The notes under the pieces were generated by a model. It had not been told where the DNA came from. It ran no database searches and saw nothing but the letters and a program-made list of their open reading frames with translations. From Ophelia neglecta (Eukaryota): DNA of 64,000 nucleotides. Position 1 is the first letter of the stretch, and every line of letters begins with the position of its first letter. The position numbers and the translations under genes were made by a program. Below, in pieces: positions 52,300 to 62,150 of the stretch. Where the stretch lies: assembly GCA_965285935.1 (NCBI GenBank), contig OZ260665.1:21328001-21392000 (forward strand). Direction: 5' to 3'.

Positions 52300-52906
52300 T
52301 ATGACCTTATGAGTTTAACACATAGGAAACCTACGTTATGGCCCTATAGGTGTGGTAAAAATGCCATACGAACCTATAACTGAAAACACAGTAAAGCCTA
52401 TGCCTTTAACACAGAGAGCATTTGTTATGGCCCTCTGTCAGTGGCACAGAATGAACAGGTCTGGAAGATCATTTGGTACATCGGATGTTCAGTCCCTCGG
52501 ACTCAAAGCCCTATGGTAATAATCCCCCACCCCCACCCCCCAGGGCGGGGGGGGGGGCGAAATAAACTTTTTGGGACCAGCGGACGTTAAAAAACCGGTA
52601 TTTCGTGACGGGGTCCCGGATACTCTAGCATTTCTAGACCAGGAGACTGAAAAGAGATTCAAATCCGACGGACTCCGAGGTTAGTTCATGAAGTCCTGGG
52701 GGGGGGGGGGAGGCCCTTCCACTCAGAGGACAAATTTTACACCGTTCTCACGGCCCTATGAATGTAATAGTACACAGTGAGCTTGTACGGCCTACGACTG
52801 TAGAACTTAGATCACCTTTGTTACGGCCTATGATTTTAGACCATAATTCACATTTTTCGCGGCCCTATGTCTTTAGTACAGAGAAAGTTTGTGTTAAGGC
52901 TCTATG
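52300..52906. repeat. Degenerate about 36-bp repeat (core gttacggccctatg) in the 3' region of paralog 2; the last unit overlaps the stop codon; interrupted by a GC/poly-G-rich segment at about 52524-52740
   Basis: Cores at 52339, 52428, 52508, 52751, 52788, 52824, 52860 and 52897, plus weaker ones near 52301, 52370 and 52395. Confidence 0.7.
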
Positions 52907-54621
52907 ACAGTCCTCCAGCTATAGTTTACAGTTGTTGGATTTACAGTCCGCGGCAGAAAGTTATCGTTGAGAATATCTGAGCTGTGCTCTGTCACAGAGT
53001 CGCTTAAACGATCATCCGAGATTTCCGCTGAATGTTCGCCAGAAGAGTACTCCATAGTGTAGCGTTTCCACGTGTTAATATTCTTGTCGTATTTGCTCAA
53101 ATATGGTGCGTTTTCGAATGCATGCTTGTTATCGAAATCCCGCGAATTGAAAGTGTCGTACACATCGAGATGATCATCAAACTCCAGTTCTAATGTCTCG
53201 TCCAGCTCGCGTTCGTAGACGCCGCTATATTCCACATCCGGCGACTCGGACTCCGGTGAGCACCGTTGTTTAGTATTTACCTTGTTGCTAGATTCTCGTG
53301 ATCTCACCGACGAACGGTCAGCCGTATCGTACCAGGAAGAGTCGGAGAACCCAGTCGCACAGAAGAGCGGGCAGTCCGTCTTGAGACGCGATAACTCCGA
53401 GGATTTTGACACTTTCTGTACATTTTTCTGAGAGGAACAACGATTCTTGTTACGCACAATACGAGTATAGATATCGTGGTCAATGGCGTCAAAGAAGCTA
53501 GGCGGTATGAGAACCTCCCGCTTCGGCAGAGCGTCTAGTATCGCTTTCGTGTCCATAGGACTGGCAATGTCCACAAAACCGTTCTGATTAACGTCCAACC
53601 CGGTGTCTTTGTATAGAAAATCATATTCCCGGGAGGTGGAAGGCACTGAGTGTCTGTTTGATAATTTATCCGCACCGCGTTTAGACAATTTGCTACATTT
53701 GGATTCACCAATAGGACGTATTCTCATTCTCACCGGCGTAGCTTCTTCTTGTGACTTTATCTGATCCATGGAAACCACGTGACCTTTCTCAAATGAGCTT
53801 TCCGTGACCTTAGTATTATTTTGTGTCGTAACGGTCGGTTTCAACATGGTCGGTGGTCCTTCGACACATGGCGGTTCTTGTATCGGTTTAAAACCTGTTG
53901 GATGATCTATTTCACAAAATTGAGACATGGAATTTCTCAGTTTTTGGTTGGTATATCCGCTGGATGTCGCCTCTAGAGCAGAGGCCGAGAGGCGTCGTTT
54001 AGTGTCTGTGTCATCCGGGTAGTTGCGATCTAGCCTTTCGGTGACTATGTCAATCTGAGAGACAAGTGATTTTAAGTCACCCATCACAGTTCTAAGCTCC
54101 CCGATGACGGTTTCTAGATCGCCAACCACCTGCTTCATCTGTTTTTTGACCACCTGCTTCCCTTTGCCCGTGGTCTTTTCCACGTGTTCCCCGTTACCGT
54201 TCTGGTCCATGCCCACATTTACAGATCCACTCGAGTCGGGGGATATGGCGTTACTTTTCCTTTTACCTTCAGCTAAACGGCACGGAGATTGCCAATCATT
54301 CTGTCGCTTCCCGTCGATGACCTGGCCAGAGGACGTCTGATTATGATTACGTTTGTAATCCGCCAGCCGTGTCGGAGAAGGTTGAATACGGTGCTGATTA
54401 CAGTCGACATGCCGTGCCGGGGATGGTAGATTACGGTGGCTACTGCTGCTGTGTTTAGATATGGCCGGAGACCATCTTCCTTCGTGAGCTCGTTGTATAT
54501 TGTCAGATAATATGTTTCGAGCCGAATGGCAGCTGCTTCTTCTCACGGAGGTAGGGACTCGTGAGCCGCTGCTGCCAGTGCTGGCTCGACTCTTGTCTGA
54601 TCCGTTATCAGACTTCTCCAT
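52894..54621 (-). CDS. PRR16 (Largen)/INSYN1-like (DUF4589-type coiled coil) protein, paralog 2, 575 aa from the first ATG, single coding exon
   Basis: The ORF-track start at 54648 is TTG; the first ATG is 54621 (MEKSDNG, atcATGG context). Coiled coil VKKQMKQVVGDLETVIGELRTVMGDLKSLVSQIDIVTERL at 54031-54150. Blocks shared with paralog 1 include KLSNRHSxPSTSREYDFL, LIPPSFFDAI, EFDDHLDV, SSDILNDNFLP and VNYSWR. Confidence 0.88.
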   Translation of the reverse strand: MEKSDNGSDKSRASTGSSGSRVPTSVRRSSCHSARNILSDNIQRAHEGRWSPAISKHSSSSHRNLPSPARHVDCNQHRIQPSPTRLADYKRNHNQTSSGQVIDGKRQNDWQSPCRLAEGKRKSNAISPDSSGSVNVGMDQNGNGEHVEKTTGKGKQVVKKQMKQVVGDLETVIGELRTVMGDLKSLVSQIDIVTERLDRNYPDDTDTKRRLSASALEATSSGYTNQKLRNSMSQFCEIDHPTGFKPIQEPPCVEGPPTMLKPTVTTQNNTKVTESSFEKGHVVSMDQIKSQEEATPVRMRIRPIGESKCSKLSKRGADKLSNRHSVPSTSREYDFLYKDTGLDVNQNGFVDIASPMDTKAILDALPKREVLIPPSFFDAIDHDIYTRIVRNKNRCSSQKNVQKVSKSSELSRLKTDCPLFCATGFSDSSWYDTADRSSVRSRESSNKVNTKQRCSPESESPDVEYSGVYERELDETLELEFDDHLDVYDTFNSRDFDNKHAFENAPYLSKYDKNINTWKRYTMEYSSGEHSAEISDDRLSDSVTEHSSDILNDNFLPRTVNPTTVNYSWRTVIEP

Positions 54622-56962
54622 GATGGAGCTGCCTGCCGTATAAGGCAAAATATTATTCTATCTACGAATACAGGTTTCAATATCAGTTACAATATTAATC
54701 CAACGATACATGATACTCCAGAGAGGAATGACGTCGTGCCAGCATTTAAAGCTGTCCGCATTTGACATGTAAGTATTTTCCACAATTTCCCTCAACAAGG
54801 AGCTATAGTCTTTTTTGTTATCATAACAACTTGGAGAAGTATGGAGACGCTTGTGTTCGACCCTTGTGCAGCTAGAAATTGCGTTTTATAATCAATGACA
54901 ATTAGAGCATTTGCCCTGGCACTCCAATTGCTGGATGATGACTAGATTTTTGTATATCGATGAGGGAGCACAAGTAGAAATGTAACGTACACGGTGAACA
55001 CGATCCATCGTAGATGAAAACACTATGCATCGTCCTTCACAGATATCTAGCTCCCGACTGCCTGCCCGGAGGCGACCATACCGAGATTCGAAGCCCACTC
55101 ACATCTGCCAGGAACAAGTGGCGTTTAAGAGAAATCCGGAGAGTTTTATCCTCAAGCGTTCAATAATAGCATCTCTGGCCCATCAACGTGTCTGGCAAAT
55201 CTGAAAATACAAAACCATCCGTAAAGGTAATCGATAACTTCAATGTGTAATAGACAATAATATCCTTTGCATTGGCCACCAATATCCGAGGGGAGAAGGG
55301 GGGAGGGGGGAGGGGCTATTACAAAATGCACGGGAATTTGATTTCAGGCACCTAGCCCGTCGGTATAAAGGTAATCCTTGAAACCAGCCTCCTTACACCA
55401 GATTATTGCCTCTAACTACAAGACATGGAAAGACACGAATGCCCCGTTTTGAATTAGACGGATCGGCGTTCACAGCATATACATTTTATCATGTGCTCAA
55501 CGGGCATGCGTAATACTCTCGCCTATAACGATAGCACTCCAAATCACGTGGTAATATTGACATCTAGGTCGATTTTCGTGGTATGTGTAGTGCACCTGCT
55601 TAATTGCTGGGGTTTACCCACATGCGGGCTCGGCAGGCGATGATAAGTACGACATTGATTCAGGGTTAGCCACAATTGGCAACAAAATAGTATGTGATGA
55701 CCGAAAGAATTTCACTCCCTTTGATTTTCCAGCTGAAGGACTATCAGGTTTTCAGTAGTTCTGTTTGTCGCGATCGGACATAGAATACAACGATAAATGT
55801 GTTGTTCACGAACGAATACATTATTAATTTCCTACGCTTTGTTTTAGACTGTTTAAAGTAACCCACAATTTTAGTTTTTCCTGAAATAAAATACCGCACC
55901 AACAGAAAAAGATTTTTTTTTATAATAAACCAAAGCCTACGACATACGGACGCAGTGATTCGACACACTATCACCTGACTCCGAACATCAAGGTAAGCAC
56001 TATACGCAAGTTGACTGAACCACTAAAGTAGTGCGGAGGGTAGGAATAACACCGACAATAAGCATAATAAGGGGCGGCCGTGGGGCTGCCATCGTTCTGC
56101 TTCTCTGTCACAACTGTTCCTAAGAACATCCTGGCCATTTCTTAGCGGCGGGTGTGCTCTGTCGTAACAATGCTAGCATAGGGCAGTTGTAAGGGTGCTT
56201 TATATTCTCATATGAAAATTCCGACAGTAAATATTACTTCCAACGAGACGTTTCGCCAGGACTTTTTTTTATATACTTGCCATTTGATACTAAGTGTTCT
56301 TTCACTTAGAACCGATTAAACACTGACTGATGTAATTGTTTTTTAATCGTTAGATTTCATTTGCAATCCCATTGAAATATTGGGAAAGTGCCACTATAAA
56401 TGTTCATTCAACACTACATTGGGCAGTCGTTGTTTTAATACGGCAATCTAAAAAAAACCGAGTGAGTTTGGATGCTTAGAAACAAACCAGTGTGATTCTT
56501 AGTCCAACGATTCGCACTATGGATCCTATCTACAGACTAACTGTTACCAATAGCAACACACTACAGGAACATCTTCATTGGCACCTTTTTGTATTATGGG
56601 TTGTGGAAAAGTGCATCTGTGTTGGTCTCATCAGGCGATAAACAGGCGTCAAAAGAATCCGGTACATGCCCTATGGGTAGCTTCACAGATAAATTGTAAG
56701 AACTTGTCAAACGCTTCCTATTCATAATGGCACTCTTCCAAGTCTTTCCTTTCTATCACTTTTCGAAATTGATATTCGCTGCTGAAACAGGTTTAAAGCA
56801 GCAGATGCTTTTCGAATAAAGCTACACTTTCTTCCGGGGAGCCTGTGTGTGCCGCTTTTTTACTTGCAATTGGAGAGAAGATTCTCTTGCTTGGTCAGAA
56901 ATATAAAGAAGAAACATTTTTTTCCCTTATTGTCATGTTGCATTTCCAGCGATTAGAAACCT

Positions 56963-57058
56963 CGGAGTGGATACCCGGCACACAACGCCAAACGATAATA
57001 AAAAATAGTCCAATAAATAAGTCCGGAATTTTCAGGACTACAGACCCACACTCATCTT
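56963..57058 (-). repeat. Dispersed repeat family X, copy E (inverted)
   Basis: Reverse complement gatgagtgtgggtctgtagtcctgaaaattccggac...ttgtgtgccgggtatccact matches copy C. Confidence 0.75.
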
Positions 57059-57093
57059 AACATTAATACCGGTTTTTATCTTTCTTGAAACAG

Positions 57094-57121
57094 AACTTTT
57101 AGATGGATCCATCTAAAAGTT
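57094..57121. repeat. Perfect 28-bp palindrome
   Basis: aacttttagatggatccatctaaaagtt equals its own reverse complement. Confidence 0.95.
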
Positions 57122-57771
57122 TGATTCACTAAACCAACGATCATTCACCAGTTCTTTCCTACAGCGGTCAAATGCAGTGGCTTCAGCGGCTTCAGCTACG
57201 TGATATATACCCTTTTTATCATTGAAGAGTAGTATTTCCCACTAGCAATAACTTGTCAGTTTTTATCGGCGCTGAAATTACACTCAGTTGAAACTCTATG
57301 CCCAACGATGCAGAAAATTCACCTGGTAGTTTTCTAGCTGTGGAAAGCTGGCAGCATATCTAATCGATTGTGTGTGAAATATCACAAATAGGAATACTAG
57401 TGTCAAAGAAATTACTCATAAAACGTGCCAGCCTTCTATAACAGGCAAAAAGTGAATAGCAGGCATGTTACTAAGCTTATAAGCAGCGGCACAGACATTT
57501 CATGTTTTCTATTTGACTCGTTTTGATATACTTTATATATAATGGAATATCGAATCAAGGAAACTTGGTGACTACATCTCATTGCAAATCCTGCCGTATG
57601 TAACAATGCCTCCTCCATCGCGGCAACAGCCGGTTTTGTTAGCAGTAGTGGAAAATCAAATTATATCGTTTAGCTAGTAAATGGGATTACACGCCTGGTT
57701 GACAAAATTCTTTACGAAGAATAGTCATTAACCGGTCCTAAGTAACCTGGAACCATCAGTTCAAATTAAAC

Positions 57772-58730
57772 ATATGTTATCAGCAATGTTGTCTCTAGTA
57801 TTCAAACCATGTTATTTCAGCATTTTATTTTCTGTATAAATAACATGTTATATTAGTATTATTATCCTCTTTATGCTAACCGTGTTATATCTAAAGCGTT
57901 CTCCTCCGTTTACTAAACAAGTTATATTAGCAAAGCTATTTTCAGATATAACCGCATTGCTTTCCATGATATATCAGCACTGTTGTCCTCTGCATACTAA
58001 ACATTTATGTCAGCATATTTATTACATGTACAGTATTCTAATCATGTTATATCCGCTATGTAATTCTCTATAACCTTACCAAGGTGAAAATCAGCATTAT
58101 TACCCTTTGTAAGTAACTGTAAATATTATTATCGAGGTTATATTATACTATTTACTTCTTGAGTATGCATGGACCTTTTACCCCCCCCCCTCCCCCCCCC
58201 CACACACACACACACAAAAAAAACACCCACATACACCTACAACACATTAGTCTTGTGTTTACTAAGTCATTTTCATCTATCTTCTCTTAATATAATGAGA
58301 GAGCTTACACAGCCATAGCCCCTTTTGTGACAAATGTCATCTCTGTCCTACTTTGAACACAGACTCGTTTGTTTCGTGATTTGGTAGCAACGTGGAAAAC
58401 TGCTGACTCCGTCTTATTGTAAGGGATATGAATGTTTTGTTTCGGAATTATTTTGTTACTTGGTTCTTTACTGTTTGTGATGGATGTGTTTGGACCTGTG
58501 GCTGCTGGTTCCTTGTGATTTCGAGCCGATAACATGGACTTTTCTTGACTAATGATATAGCATTGTCTGCCGGTATCTGTTTCCGTTTTTTGTTGACTAA
58601 CCACTTTGTACCAGCTTTGATATAATAAGTATAATAACCAGGAAATATCACCATTTATTATGTGTACATAAACCATGTTATATCAACATTTATATCCTCT
58701 GCATACTTACTATTGTAATTCAGCATGTTG
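57772..58730. repeat. Degenerate 35-37-bp satellite (aaccatgttatatcagcatt..tatcctctgcatac) split by an about 530-bp insertion (about 58130-58660)
   Basis: Repeated catgttatat(c/t)ag(c/t)at units at 57772-58125, resuming at 58670-58730. Confidence 0.65.
58412..58590 (+). repeat. Dispersed repeat family X, copy D
   Basis: tcttattgtaagggatatgaatgttttgtttcggaat...tttactgtttg...gatgtgtttggacctgtggctgctggttccttgtgatttcgagccgat. Confidence 0.78.
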
Positions 58731-61700
58731 TCGTCTCACAGCTGATGTTGTTAGTAATACAATGCCAATTGAGTTTTCTTGTAACAATGCAGTATTGTCC
58801 GGACTTGGGTATTACCAGCCTTCACCATACGGGATGTACGCTACATTCCTAATGATGGCCCTGCAAATTGGAATGACAGTGATCAGTAGAATTCAAAGCT
58901 TATTCCTGATAATACATGTCATCTTCGATAACGATAGAGGGAGCATCATGGTAGTGACAGCCGTCGGATAAATAATTATGTTGCATGTATGACTTATCTG
59001 AATTAGCCCGTTTAATTTAGAGCATAATCTATGTCAGGGATTAAGGACACGTAGATTATTAGCAGCTGGCATTTAATACAATAGCATTTAAGATATGAGA
59101 CCTTCCTGGTGCACTTCGCCTTGAATCACATTTTTACCATTGATAGTGTTGTATGATAACCATGAATGTAACCCAATTACGTCTTCGAAAAATATCATAA
59201 AAAATAACGTAAATGTGTATGGCTATATATTGTTGGTATAACTAATGATTAATCCAAATTATTTTATACTAACGTTGTGCAATAACGTCATAATACTGTT
59301 TAAATGTATGCTTTTGTTTACATTTAAGGTCAATAAAACGAAAACATTGGATTAAATGTGAAAAAAGTACCCTTGGTGAAAGATACGATATAACAAGAAA
59401 AATACTGATAGGGCGGATCTTGAAATCGCAAAATCGGGGTATTTAATAGCGAGATCAGCGTCATACACGAGCCTTCTAAAGGCCACAACGACACCCCCTC
59501 CCCGGTATCGGGTTTCTGTGCTGTTCCCATGATGCATTTAAATAGATGAAGTAGATATTTATCTGCACAGATCGTATTTCGAATTGTTTAGATTACTTCA
59601 GAGTACACTGTGTGCCATTATTTCTCTGCATGATACATGTTCTTTCCGCACAACACTGACTGAGGTTAGCCGTCCACTAAGAATCGATTCCGTACAAGTA
59701 AATATACTGAATGCACCTAAGCTTAGTCCGGCAGCAGTTAATGGTGGTAGTCGGGAACAAGCCAAAGTGGCGTCTCTAAAGATCTATCCACTCTAATCGC
59801 AACCATTCCTGAAAATACCGTTGGCTCTCTTTAGAAACCAAAGGCGATTTCCTCTCATTAGAACGATATCCATGTTGGTTTTAAAACCACCATATGGCTG
59901 AAAATGACACTACTATTACTTGCATAATCCAGGGCTAAAATAAGCGAAATTTTAACATAAGGGCTATTTGTAATAAAGTAAATTTCACGAATAGCTCCCA
60001 GGATCTTATACCGACCAAAACTTGCAACGATAAACGTATGTCTTGGTTTGACGGACGGTAGAACGGAATAGAGCGTAAACATTTTGCATTCATAGGTCAA
60101 AGGCTATCCTAAGAGTCTTCTCACAACAAACCGAAAGCGCTGTAGGCATGCAAGATATATAGCTAGGATTTCCTCACTAACGTATATCTGCAAAAATGTC
60201 TATGGGATCCAGGCTTACCAGAACGCCAGTCAGAGCTCACTTGACTGTCTAGGAGATGACCCGTCTACTATATAGGACCTCCCTTCCAGAAGATGATTAG
60301 GGTGCCTCAAAGACACTATTGTAACTTTGTCTACAATCTAATTTAGGTTTGACCACATCTGTGGTGTCCAGTAGGCATTCCGTTAATTCTTTGTTGATGG
60401 TTTAGCCAATAGTACCATCGTCTGTGACGCAAATTCATTCAAATAAAACGATACCTCTATACTGATTTGTCATAATACAAGTCCCCAATGAAGCAGGACG
60501 AAATGGCGGGACATCACGGCCGATAAGTCATGGCGACTATTCGTTAATCTTGTTTATTACCATGCAGCACGAAAACAAGAATGAATTAGCTGTAGTGCGT
60601 TTGTTTGCGTTGCATTCATTGTGTCATTAAGCATAAGAATGTGAGATGTTGCCGTGTAAACATGTAGTTCAAATGTGCATTATTCAGCAAGCAAGTCTCA
60701 GTATGATAGCATATATCTTTCTCATGTCCAATATGCTTCATATACTGTAGTGCTTTCATCAAGTGGCCGAGTAAAATTAACGAGAACTAACAGGTGATGA
60801 TTCATATGATATTACTTTGACATATGAGAGGCATATGGCTCATAGAAGGGATTTGCGTAGCTCGCAAACAAGACCTACTGTCAGTAAAAGGAATATATTT
60901 CCCAACTAGTAAACTACCTATGTTTATATCTTACGTTGACAACTAAAACTTTTTTTTTTGTGCTACTCATTGTTACTAGCATCATGAAAACTTCCCATAG
61001 CAAGCGATATAGTTAATACTGCTTTTATTGCTAATTTTATCACAAACTTATTAACAGGTAGTTACCTTGCAACTGACGTTTGTGAGTCTGCAGCTGACGG
61101 TTACTGGTTATTTCGTACCGATTCAATCAACTATTCGGTGTTTGTGATTTGCTTTGCCTGCCCAGGTATTTGACTCCATTTTTTCATGTGACAATTTTAT
61201 GGAAAAGTGCAAACGTGAGCCAATTACTGAGGTATCTAGCCTCTTCTCAAATAATTAATTTTCAGATATGTCATTTCCCAAAATTCCACAACGAAATTTG
61301 AATGGAAGATATGACTTCTATTCATTCTTTGCTTGTGGGCTTGTAGTACCATAGTAATGTCAGATCTCCTTTTTGTCCGATTTTCGCCAATCCTTAAACC
61401 CTAAGTGACCCAGATGCTCGCACGATGTAAACGATTTGCTGAGGATGCCCACGACTGCAGATTGTATTTCAGAGTGTATATATCACTTCTGACATAGCTG
61501 GCTCAATGGCTAACTCGGAAACGTGCACTGCCTGTAGATAGTATTTAATTAAACGCAAACCGATTTATTGATCAACCCGTGTGGCTTAGTTCCATTTGAG
61601 GCAACTCTACAAACAGGCACATTTGTTTTTCCGATTGTGTATTCGCATAAGGCATTTATATACATCATATAACACCGAAGTAGTTTTATACTAATTGACT

Positions 61701-61917
61701 TCACCCCAATTAAGTAAGTTTGATTCGGTCACAACACAATAAGAAAGAACACAAATCTTATTGTATACTCACAGTATACTTTCCAGTCTGAATATCACGT
61801 TTGATTCTGCCCTCAAGCTCTCTCATCGCAATAATATATGGAATTTAGGGTGCATCCACGCTATTATGTATAGCACACACACATTCAAGTATATCGCTAG
61901 ATAGTCCACTTGCCTAC

Positions 61918-62150
61918 CTTCAGTTGTGAAGGTAAACCTCCGTGCTAGCCGCCCAGACAGTTCTACATGCGTGCCAACCGACTATCACATGCTCTGCGGG
62001 CACCTCACAAGGACGAGTATTTGCGATTAACGTGTCTGCATATCGATATCCCAACGCGCACTGGTCTCCTGCTCAGCGCTCCCGTCTATTTACTCGCCTT
62101 CTGGCTTCCGAGGGCGGCGTAGTGATATGCAACGCTGGACAGCGCTCTTA
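61918..62150 (-). other. Candidate non-coding first exon of paralog 2
   Basis: Local CpG/GC-rich patch ending in a minus-strand AAG|GTAGGC donor at 61917; strong candidate acceptor ttttgtattttcag at 55201; inference only. Confidence 0.35.

Noticed and set aside
54622-54648. MPYTAGSSI N-terminal extension of paralog 2
   Set aside because: Starts at TTG; the ATG at 54621 is homologous to the paralog 1 ancestral ATG
57035-57057. miR-279-like sequence (also a miR-133-like 13-mer near 63565 and a miR-10-like 11-mer near 28033)
   Set aside because: Only partial matches with no precursor hairpin; the first lies inside the family-X repeat
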